The notes beneath the pieces are model-generated. The model saw only the letters and a list, made by a program, of their open reading frames with translations, ran no database searches and was not told where the DNA came from. Made by a program: the position numbers and the translations under genes. A DNA stretch of 64,000 nucleotides from Camelus ferus. Its lineage: Eukaryota. The stretch spans positions 87,112,001-87,176,000 of the forward strand of contig NC_045697.1 of assembly GCF_009834535.1 (NCBI RefSeq), read 5' to 3'. Shown piece by piece: positions 53,213-64,000 of this stretch. The stretch's first letter is position 1. Each line of letters opens with the position of its first letter.

Positions 53213-56179
53213 AGTATCCTTGATTTTTTTCTGAAGTATCTAGAAATTATGTACTTTGCTTTCCACTTTCCACACTTTCTCTTTTTAGACATAAAAAATT
53301 AAGATGAAACAGAGTATGCAAGGTGGATCTATCTTCACTCCCTGTTTGGCCCTCATTTTCCAACTTGTTTATTCTTGAAAATCATAACATTTCCTGCAGA
53401 ATTGATGAGCTAGATGTGCCAGGGCTTACAGAGCTTTAGACCAGATTATGAAGATAAAGGTTCAGTTTAAATAGTATTGTGTTAACAAGGTCATAATTAT
53501 GAGATATTTCCTTTGGTGACCAGTGATTTTCATCTCTTCCAAACTCACAGAATTTATCAGCTCTGCCCAGCTATTTCAGTTTTGTCTTGATTGTTGCAAG
53601 TGCTGGTCAAGGGAATGTGGATGGATCCCTGCAAATTAATCACTTCTGTTGAGGAAACAACCCATTCATTACATTTGAATTTCTACAGTGAGTCATTAAC
53701 ATAATGCCCGTATCTAAAGTTCTGCCTGTACCTTTTCTGATATTTTCTGTCTTCCATTTATCCACATAACTTCTCAGATAAACTCTCAAAAAAAAGAGAT
53801 AATAATAATTAAGGGCTAGTAATGAAGAAAGTGTACTAGTGATATCATTTTATCCAGTACTATTTACCAATAAAACTGTTAATTATTATTAGCCATCCTT
53901 TCAGTTTATGTACACATAAGTTATTTTTCTTACTGTGTGTGCTGCCATCATGTATATATGACCTAAACCTGGCCCTCAGGCGAGACTAGGTCTTGGTGAG
54001 TGAGGATTGTTACTGCTGTCAAATTCAAGACTCTCTGTTCTCTAACTTTCTAGTCTAAATAGACATTGTAATTGAGTCATATTCAACAGCCTTTTTTTGT
54101 TCCCTTGGAGCATGAACTTTTTCCTTCTAAGTTCTTAAAAGATGAATGTATTCAAGGCTGATTGTTTACAAACGTTTTATTTTAAACTGGCTTTGTCACT
54201 CCCAGAGGTACCATCACCTCGTCTCTTTCACTTTTGAACCAGGAGCCAGTGTACTGTCTCAGTTTCCTACTTGTTTTTTTAATTTGTTTTTGTTGTTTTG
54301 TTGCCTCATGTTCAGACATCACTCTATATTTCCAATCTGTGTATCTAAAACTTACTTGTTTCAGTGTTTAAGGTAATATTTAGATAATCAGGTAAATATT
54401 TCCTCAAGATACACTGACGGGAAAGAGCTAGATTTGCTCTAGGATACATATATTTGTTTTAAGTATGCTTCTCAGGGCATAGTACTGCTGCTTCTGATGT
54501 TTAATGCGGTAGTAACTAATGAAGGAAAATACCAGAAATAGAGATTTCTAATGTTGTATTGATAAACTGTTCTTTCTATACATAGGACTGTCTCCTTGCA
54601 TTTATATTAATCTCCTTCAATGAATATAGTATGAAGCTATTATTTTGGGCTTGTCATCTTTTTTTGTTGGGTAATGTATTTGATTGTGGGTAGTGTTTTG
54701 AAATCCACCTCTAGTCTTCATCCAGATGTGTTCATAATACATGCATTGTCAATTAAAATCTGCTTTGTGTTCCTCAGTTTAAAACTATTTTTCCTATTGT
54801 TTTATCATATGTATTTTTCTTTCTGAAAATTGACCTCTTTATTTTTTTATTTTATTTTTTGCAGGAAAATCTTTTGTCAGAGAAACTTTTTCAGAAGGCA
54901 GTTGCCTTGGAAAAATCCATTTTACTTGAGTTTAAAAATGGAAAACTGACATTTTTAATTACAAAAAATGTTTGAAATAGCTAAAATATAACTATTATTA
55001 TATTATGTGTTCATATATAGAGAGACTAGAGGATAATATTCAAAGAAAAAAAGTGTTTAATTCTTTTTTCTTTTTCCATAATTTTATTTAACATGTAATC
55101 TTTTTCAACTTAAAAGGAAAAAGGTGTTACCAGATCTTTGCCTATTTAACTTTAGAGAGAACTTGGTTTGCTCTATTATATAGACATGTAATCAGTGTAG
55201 CACTTTTATTCATTGTGCAAGTACTTATCAGTTCTTGATGATTTGTAATATTTTCTAGGAAATATCAATTAATATTAACATCTCATATCAATTTTATTGT
55301 AATATTCAGAATGTTTAGCCATGAAGACAGTAAGGCCTTGCCTGAAGACAGTTGGTGTCCTTGTCAATAAAATAATATGTTCTTACTGAACCTCTGCATA
55401 TCCTGATGTTTAGTGCATCATTTTGTGAATGTGAGTTTTAAGAGGAAATTTTATCATTAAAATGTTCATTTTTTTAAGTGATATTATAATGATACAAGAT
55501 AGTGAACTTGGGCCAGAAACATTACAAATGATTTGCTCTATAAGCACATTAATTAATTAGAATCTAACATCAAGTATTATACTTCTTTTAACAGAAATTT
55601 CTTTGCAAAGAAAAGGTAACATAAAATTCAGAAATTATGATTTCCCATGGGTTTTGTTGTTGTTGTTGTTTGTGTTTTTTGTTTGTTTGTTGTGATTCTA
55701 AAACAAGACTACTGTTTTGTCTTAAGAGATACATTACTTTTCCATGAGGTTTTACCATTACCACTTTTACCTATGGCATATGAATAAGGTCTATTCTTAA
55801 GTTACATGCTCTGTTCCAGGTGTCTTTGCATAAACTGTGTTTGAAAAGACTATATTTGTATGTGTAGGAAGCAGTGTCATCAGTGGGTTAGCTTTGAACT
55901 TTTTTAAAAAAATAGCACACTGCTTTTTCTAGACAGACATAGAAAAATGAGGAGTCTTGGTTAGATGAAGCTTCCCTTGGGACTGGGCTTCTTCAGTAGA
56001 AGAAACTAGACTCCTAGGTAGAAAAGTGATATCAATTATTTTCGAAGTTTTTTCCCTTAATATTAATCTGTCATTCTTTTTTTGAGAAATAAACTTGAAA
56101 ACTGATTTACAGAGATAATTGAGACCATTTGCCATGAAATTCCTCATGTATCCCATCTTTAACCATTAGCATAACTCTG

Positions 56180-57050
56180 CCCTGTTATTTACGTGCTCCT
56201 TCTTTCCTCTACTCTTGAGATGAACATGTTCTCCCTAAAGTGAACTGCTCTACTTGGTTTCTGTATCTCATCTCAATTTTTAAAATTTTCAGCTCTCTAG
56301 TTCCTTCTGACTGTACAATTTTATTAAAAGTGAACATGTGAAGGTCACCAATGATTACTGAACAAAATTTAATGACTTCTTAAGAGGGTTCTTACTTGTC
56401 TTGAATTCCACAAATGTGACCCTGCTGACTACCCTCATCTTCTTGAAACTCTGTACCCCATTAGCTCCAGTGACACTACAGTGTTCCCTTCTGTTAACTC
56501 TTTGCCCACTACTCCTTTTATATTTCAGTTGAATTTATCAATAACTTAATGTGGCATAAGAATGGGACAAAAATATGAATCCAGTCAGGCACCCAGTTTT
56601 GTTTTTAACTCAAAATGTATCTCAGTTTCATTTTACTTTTCTGTTCCCATTGCTTTCATTCTGGTTCACTTCTTTCTTTGGTTTACTATGGTTGTCTCTT
56701 AACCAGTTTCTCTGCCTTCAGGCTCTTCTTCCTCTGTTTCATCTTTGTTCTATTTCAGAGTGCTCTTCCTAAAGGAATGTCTTTAACCAGGTTATTGTGC
56801 TGCATTACCTGGTTATTATACTGCTTTAGCAGGTTATCATACTGCTAAGGAACCTTCAGTGGCTCCCAGTTGTATGCCTCAAGTCTAGCTCTTCATTCTG
56901 GCTTTTTTAGTTTCAAAACTTGGGCCCCAACTTCTCACTATTTTCTGTTCTCAACATTTATCCATTTATTATGGCAACCAAGTCTCCTGGTGTCATGTGT
57001 TGTGCACATTCTATGTTCATTATTTCCTCCAAGCTTTTGCTTGTTTTGTC
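56180..57050 (+). mobile_element. L2 ORF2 remnant
   Basis: aaggtcaccaatga...tgactaccctcatcttcttgaaactct...ctccagtgacact...aaccttcagtggctccca. Confidence 0.65.
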
Positions 57051-57399
57051 TCTTTTTCATTTGTCTAATACCATCCTTATTATTTTTTCTCAACTGTCTC
57101 TGTCTTCACCCTTTTCATTAAGTTTTATAAAACTAATTTGCCCCTACCAATCTCTTTCTCCAGCTTGCTTCTCTTTAGTACCATTTAATTTAGCTCTTGA
57201 TTTTCTCTTAATAGTTTATTCTTTTCCAGATTTTTTCTATCCATCTAATAACTTACAAGTATTTGAGGTCAGAGAGATGAAATCATTTTTGGTTAAGTGT
57301 CAAGTAATAGATATTCCAAAATATTTGCCCATTGAGTGAAAATAAGACACAGAGGTTAAATATTTAAATCTCTTTAGTTTTCAATAAGAAATTGAAACC

Positions 57400-57555
57400 G
57401 GGGGGAGGGTATAGCTCAGTGGTAGACCACATGCTTAGCGTGCACAAAGTCCTGAGTTCAATCCCCAGCACCTCCACTAAAAACATAAAGAAATAAATAA
57501 AAATAAACCTAATTGCCTCCTCCCCTAAAATAAAAAAATTTTCATAAAAATACTT
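57400..57555 (+). mobile_element. tRNA-derived SINE, camelid Vic-1 type
   Basis: A box tagctcagtgg, B box gagttcaatcc, A-rich tail; perfect 15-bp TSD taagaaattgaaacc (57385-57399, 57556-57570). Confidence 0.9.
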
Positions 57556-59449
57556 TAAGAAATTGAAACCAATTTCTGAGTAAAAAGTTTTAAAAATCAG
57601 TCTTATCAAATCAATTTCTATAGTTTTAAAACTTTTACATCAGCAGGGGGCAGTCAAACCAAAGTTCATTCTGCTGTCCTATGGAAAATTAAAATTTATC
57701 TCTGTAAGACTTAATTCTACTTGGGATACTAGCTGCACTTTATAATCTATTTGTAAATAAAGTTTAAAACTCTTCAGTAGTAGGTTTGTAGAATTGTATT
57801 AATTTTTTAAATCCATAGAAGGTAAAGAAGTTTTTTGTGTGTGAAAAAAATTGCAGACTTTTTCAGAACATGAAATGGTTGGTTTGGTGTTTTTTGATGA
57901 GTGGCCACTTTAAATAGAAACTTATTTTCTGTGCCTCTGAATCAAGATTTCATTAAATTAACTTGTTAATAGGCTGCTTTTCATTCAATAAAATACTAAC
58001 TTTTTAAGAATACTTTTGTTTTCTCCCCAGACTTGAAAAAAATGAATTTTTATTAGAGACTGTAGCATAACACTAACTAAAACATAGTTTAGCAAATTTT
58101 TAAAGTTTGAATTTTTCTTCCTGAACCTTTCCTCTGACCAGCTGCAAACAAGTAGTGGTTTGTGTTTATAGAGGTGTTCATTTTCACCCCCTCCTCTTGG
58201 AGGTTAACCTAGTACTTATTTAGAGAGAAACACAGTTCATACTAAATAGTGTTTAACATATACTGATGGTATTACTGTATTTCCTGTTTTGTATGCACAA
58301 TAAGAAGATTCTGAAAAACTGCCTTTGTATAAATACTTCACTGACATTCCAGACAAGTATAATCTTGTCTGCTGGTAGGCAGGAAAGAGTGATGTCCTGG
58401 AATGCTGTTAGAGAAGGAAATCTCTTTGTGTTCCACAAATGATACCCCTAAACCTTTTAAGAATATAATTTAAAAATGACAACTCTGTATTTGCTTTTCC
58501 TTCCGTTTATTAACTTTGTATGCCTTTAGTTCAGAAATGCATTTAGTAGGAAAAAAAATCCATTGTATCTGAGAAACAAGCATCTTCCAGGTAACTTGCT
58601 GGAAATTGTTGGTAGAAACTTCAGAGGGTAAACATAAAAACAGATTTAGTAAATAATTACTTTTTTTCTCGTAGCTTCAAACTTTTTTGATATTTAAATC
58701 AAGCTTTTGATAATTTTCTGCAGGCATAAAAGATGCAGGGTTTCCTACTCCTTTCTAAATTTCTAATAAGGAAATAAAATGGAGATTGTTTTTAAAACAC
58801 AGATTATGTCTTTTTAAATTTAGATTTTGAGTTTTTATGTTATTTTATTTAATGTGAGTCATTAAGATATATAAAAATCAGTTGTGTGACTAACTAACTT
58901 TGAGTATCCTAATGAATGGATTTTCTTATACTTAATTATGATAGATGAAAATTCAATTAAAATTGTTCTGAACTTTTTCAGTGATTGAAAAAAATAGCCA
59001 TGGTTAAACCTTTAAATAATTGCCAAACAGCAGAGACTAACCTATGTCTAGTTTCTAGATCAGTGGTTCTTTTACTTTTTTCTCATTATTCCTATTATTA
59101 ACATGGGAAATAACCTAATTACTTACAGTGGCTCTTTACTTCAGTCCTCACTCACTCTAAAACCAAACAAAATAGAGAATAACTTGCAAGAACTTCCAAA
59201 TGTATACAAAGTTTAAAATGCTTATCAACCAGTTTCAAACTATAGAAAAGTATCATATGCTTTTTATGATCAGATAATTTTTACATTATTGATGTGTATG
59301 TCATCTTATATCTTTTGTTTAAATGTTTACTTTAAAATATGTTGATATTATTCTTTGTGTGTATCCCTTTTCATAAATCTGCTGCGATGAATTCTGAAAT
59401 ACTGAGGCTACTGTGTCTTCAATTAAGAGTCTTTTAGAGGGAGTAATTT

Positions 59450-59812
59450 AACACAGTGGAGCCACTAACTGATATGGTGGTTCGATGATGTCAGAAAATT
59501 GGATTCCTTCTATCTTGATGCTGTACCATCCCTTAAACCATATGGTAAAAAACCTCACTGTTAACATCAGTTGGGTTCTCATTCAGGTGAAGAATAAGGA
59601 GATGAGGTAATAGCTCACTCCCTCACTTTAAGGACAGAGCCCATAAATTACATGTATCATTTACATCCACTGATCTTAGCTACAAGCCCTTATTCAGCTA
59701 CAAGAAAGGCTACAAAATAAATATATTCTGTATTTTGAATGACTGAGTGCACAGCTCAAATAGAGGGGGGTTGTTACTAAAGAAAAAAGAGAAAAACTAA
59801 AAGTCTCAGCCA
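59450..59812 (-). mobile_element. MLT1J/K-like MaLR LTR remnant
   Basis: tatggtggttcgatgatgtca...ttccttctatcttgatgctgtaccatccct...agctacaagaaaggct. Confidence 0.55.
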
Positions 59813-59829
59813 TTATCAGTTAGCTTTAT

Positions 59830-60170
59830 TCACTGTCATCGTTCACTTCTCCCTTTTAAAACATTCTCTTACTTCATTTTACATGACACAATAACCTCCT
59901 GGTTTTACTTCTATTTCTGTCCCCTCTTGACTCCTTTACAAATTTTTCTCCTCTACCTAGCCATAAAATATTACAGTTTATGAAGGCTGGGTATTCAGAC
60001 CCCTCCTCTTTCTTCTCTGTCCATGAGCAGTGTCAGCCACATCCTTGGGTTCAGGTGTATGTGTAATTACACCTGATTCAGCGCAGACATTTGCTCTGAC
60101 TTCTTCAATAAACTGCCTATTTAGATATCTCAAAGGCAATTCAAATTCAACATAATCCTAAATTTAAGTT
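59830..60170 (+). mobile_element. L2 remnant, followed by a minus-strand MIR (~60190-60310)
   Basis: catgacaca..acctcctggtttt...gatatctcaaaggcaattcaaattcaacat; MIR gagaatctgagatacagacaggttaagaaacttg. Confidence 0.65.
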
Positions 60171-61326
60171 TTGCTCTGAGTATTTTAATCATTTAATCTT
60201 CTTAACTTTATGAAGTCAAGTCAGTTACCATACCCCATCCTGTTGCTGAGAATCTGAGATACAGACAGGTTAAGAAACTTGACCAATGTTGCAGAGCTAG
60301 AAACTGGTATATAGTTCTGTGAGTTTTGACAGATGTGCAGAATCATGTAACTACTACTGCAATTACAATAGAAAACAAGTATTCACTCCAAAAAATTCCT
60401 TCATGCTGCCCCTATGTAGTTAAACCCTCTTTCTGCCACTAACTGTCCCGCCTCTATTGGCAGCTAGTGATCTGTCCCTATAGTTACCATATGTCGTATA
60501 AATGGAATTATATTGCATGTAATCTGCATGGCTTTTTAAAAACTTTTTGAACTTTATCTCTGTTGGATATATCAGTAGCTTGTTCCTGTTCTATCACTTG
60601 GTGGTATTCTACAGTATGGATGCATTACAGGTTATCCATACACTGGTTTAAGGACAGTTTAGATTGCTTCCCGTTTTCACTATGAATATGCTACTATAAA
60701 CATTCATGGTCAGATTTTTGTGTGGACATAAGTTTTCATATCTCTAGGATAATTACTAGGGTGGGACTACTGAATCATAGAGTAACTAACTGTATGCTTA
60801 ACTTTGTAAGAAACTGCCATATTCATGCCCATATCATGCATCCCTGCCAGCACATATGAGATGATGGTGCTCTGCATTCTTGCTGGCACTTGGTATTGTC
60901 ATTTTTTTTTAAATGTTAACCATTCTAATGGGTGTGTAGTGTTATCTTATTGTGTTTTTAATTTGCAATTTCTCTAATGACTAATGATACTGAGCGTCTT
61001 TTCATGTGCTCATTTGTCATTAGAATTTTTTTTTTTTTTGGAGAAGTGTTTTAAATTCTTTTTGAGCTATTTATACTTTTTTAATTGGGTTATTTATTTT
61101 CTTTTACTCTTTCTATTTTGATTAAAAATCCGTTGCCAGGTATATTGCAAATATCTTCTAGTCTGTAGCTTATCTTTTCTTTCTCTTAACAATGTATTTC
61201 ACAGAATGGAAGTTTTTAATCTTGAAAAAGTCCAGTGTCTTTCTTTTGGTTTTCAGGGTCTTTTTTTTTCCCCCAGAGTTTTTTGGGTCAAATCTTGGCC
61301 TAACCCAAGGTCATGAATAATTAAAA

Positions 61327-62724
61327 AAATTTTTTTTTTGTGATAAAAAACAACAGTGAGGAGGGTATAGCTCAAGTGGTAGAGCGCATGCTTAGCATGC
61401 ACGAAGTCCTTTTTTCAATCCCCAGTACCACCTCTAAAAATAAACCTGATTACCTTCCCCTGGCAAAACAAAAACAAAAACAAAAAAAACCCACACAACA
61501 TGAAATATACTATCTTAGCCATTTCTTAGTGTACAGTTCAGGAGTGTTAAGTTTACTCATTATTGTGCAACCAATCTCCAGAAATTTTTTCATCTTGCAG
61601 AAGTTAAACTCTATACCCATGAAATAACAACTCCCCAGTGTACCCTCTACCCAGTCCTGGCAACCATCATTCTGCTTCCATTTCTGTGAATTTGACAACT
61701 CTAGATACTTCATATAAGTGGAAGTATGTGTCTTTTTATGACTGGCTTATTTCATTTAACATACTGTCTTCATGGTTCATCCATTTTGTAGCATGTATTA
61801 GAATTTCTTTCCTTTTTAAAAGGCTGAGTAATAGTCGGTTATGCGTATACTACATTTTGTTTATCTGTTCATTTGTCAGTGGATGCTTGGGTTATTGCTA
61901 CCTCTTAGCTATTGTGAATAATGCTGCTAAGAACACGAATATGCAAATACTTATTTGAGATCCCACTTTTTTTTTGATATATACTCAGAAGTAGAATTAC
62001 TGAATCAGATGGTAGGTCTATTTTTAATCTTTTGAGGAACTACCATACTGGTTTCCCCAGTGCCTGCACCATTTTACATTCCTATCAACAGTGTACAAGA
62101 GTTCCAATGTCTCCATGACCTTGCTGACACTTGTTATTTTCTGGATTTTGTTGTCATTGTTGTTTTTAATAGTAGCCATCCTGATAGGTGTGAGGTAATA
62201 CCTCTTTCTGGTTTTGATTTGCATTTTCCTAATGATTAGTGATGTTGAACCTTTTGTATGCCATCTTTGGAGAAATATCTAAGTTCTTTGCCCCTTTTTT
62301 TTAAATTTGATTTTTTGTTTTTTTGAAGTTGTAAGATTTCTTTACATATTCTGGATATTAGCCCCTTACCTGATATGTTATTTGCAAGTATTTTCTGCCA
62401 TTCTGTAGTTTGCCTTTTTACTTTGTTGATTTTGTCCCTTGATTCACAGAAGTTTTTAATTTTAATGTAGTCCAATTTGTCTGTTTTTACTTTGTTGACT
62501 ATGTCTTTGGTGTCATTCCAGGAAACCCTTGCCAAGTCCAATGCCATGAAACTTTTCCCTTTTGCTTTCTTCTAAGAGTTTTATAGTTTTGGACCTTATG
62601 TTTAGGTGTTTGATCTGTTTTGACTTAATTTTTGCATATGATGTAAGGTAAGGCTCCAACTTCATTGTTTTGCATGTGATACCTAGTTTTGCCAACATCA
62701 TTTGTTGGAAAGACTTCTCTTTTG
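61327..62724 (-). mobile_element. L1MB-type 5'-truncated LINE nested in the older L1
   Basis: T-run plus tgtgataaaa..aacatgaaat..tatcttagccattt 3' end; ORF2 remnants (YYLTPIRMATIK, KLDYIKIKNFC). Confidence 0.8.
61358..61489 (+). mobile_element. Second Vic-1-type tRNA-derived SINE (B box damaged)
   Basis: gagggtatagctcaagtggtagagcgcatgcttagcatgcacgaagtcc...caatccccagtacc, similar to the 57400 copy; (caaaaa)n tail. Confidence 0.88.
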
Positions 62725-64000
62725 CAAAAGTTTTGCAGTTTTACATTTCATAGTTGTGTCTATAATCCATTTTTGACATTTTGTATCTAGTGTGAGTTTT
62801 AGGTAGAAGTCTGTTTTTACATGTGAATGCAAAATTACCCCAGGACCATTTGTCAGAAAGTCGATTCTTTCTCCATTGGATTGTCTGTACACCTTGGTCA
62901 AATATCAGTTGACCATATTTGTGCAGATCATTTCTGTCTGTCCTTTCACCAAACCACACTGTATTAATGATCACGATTTTAGAGTAGGACCTTAAATGAG
63001 GTAATGTGTGTACAACTTAGTTCTTCATTTTCAAAATTTGCTTCAGCTGTTGTATTTCCTTGGCTTTTACATATAAAGTATCATCTCAGGTTGTCATTAT
63101 CTTTGAAAAATCCTTTTGGGATTTTGTTTAGGATTGTTTCTAATCTACAGAAAAATTAGGGGAGAATTTAGAACTTAACAATATTGAATCTCCAGTCATG
63201 AACATTGTCTACCCATTTATTCAGATGTCTTGTTCCTGATCTCAATGAGAAAACATTTAGTGTTTCACTCATCAGTAAGTATGATGGTAGCTTAGGTCTT
63301 TTTGTAGATGCCTTTTAACAAATTGAGAAAGTTCCCTTCTCTTCCTAGTGTTCTTGCATCTATCAATATTATCGTGGGATTTTTTCCTTTTAGACTGTTA
63401 AAATCTTGGATTACGTTGACTTTGACATGTTCAACCAGTCTTGCATTCATTCCCAAGATAAACCCGACTTAGTCATGTTGTATTATTCTTTTTATATCTT
63501 ACAACATTCAGCCTGCTAATATTTTGTTAAGATTTTTTTCTATTAATATTTATGATGAATATTTGTATATAATTGTCTTATACTTTGTCTGGTTTTGTAT
63601 CAGAGTAATACTCAATAAAATGAGTTGAGAATTATTCTCTTCTTCTAGTTAGTAGAAGAGATTATTTAGAATTAATACTTCTTCCTTACATATTTGGTAG
63701 AATTCCCCACTGTTACCTTCTGGGTCTAGAGTTTTCTTTGTTGCAGTTTATTTTTGTTTTACTATGAATTTGGTACATTTAATAGATAATAGATGACTCT
63801 AGTTATCTTTTTCTTCCTGGGAAAGTTTTCTAAGTTTGTGTATTTCAGAGAATTCTGTTCATTTCACCTAGAATGTCAAATATTTACCCTTAGAGCTGTT
63901 CACTGTTTTCTCTTATTCTTTAGTGTTTTGGGGAGGGTCTGAGTAAAATCTTCACTTTCCTTCCTGGTACTAGCAATTTGTATCTTCTCTCTTTTTTTCC

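Larger units (their letters stand above)
60310..64000 (-). mobile_element. Old L1 (L1MB8/ME1-like), parts ~60310-61320 and ~62725-64000, split by a younger L1MB
   Basis: Antisense L1 3' region and ORF2; ...cctaacccaaggtca continues colinearly at aaaagttttgcagttttaca after the insert. Confidence 0.75.

Noticed and set aside
56575..57339. Cluster of hydrophobic ORFs up to 139 aa
   Set aside because: They arise from T/C-rich decayed L2 and low-complexity sequence; no recognisable domain or splice structure.
57400..57476. tRNA gene (also 61358-61435)
   Set aside because: A-rich tail, TSD and a second diverged copy show these are SINEs.

Overview
AT-rich, CpG-depleted mammalian genomic DNA, probably camelid judging by two tRNA-derived Vic-1-type SINEs. 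The window lies inside the + strand gene SPATA5/AFG2A (AAA+ ATPase). It holds three coding exons of the second (D2) AAA domain (5705-5758, 7451-7530, 23791-23917), followed by the first ~40 kb of a very long intron; the next constitutive exon is not in the window. Much of the rest is decayed transposons (L1 of several ages, L2, L3/CR1, MIR, MaLR LTRs, hAT and Tc1/mariner MITEs), often nested. The best lead is a hidden 60-nt, frame-preserving candidate exon at 37085-37144. It has recursive-splice-type AG|GT architecture, and its peptide resembles a human SPATA5 alternative C-terminus that I recall from memory. Other leads are a fold-back plus templated-duplication scar (27552-28641), a twin-primed inverted L1, an L1 with a probable 3' transduction, a possible 5S-derived AmnSINE1-like remnant and a perfect heat-shock element. 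There is no prokaryotic-type system. Repeat family names come from recalled consensus sequences, not a search, and repeat boundaries are approximate unless a TSD is given.
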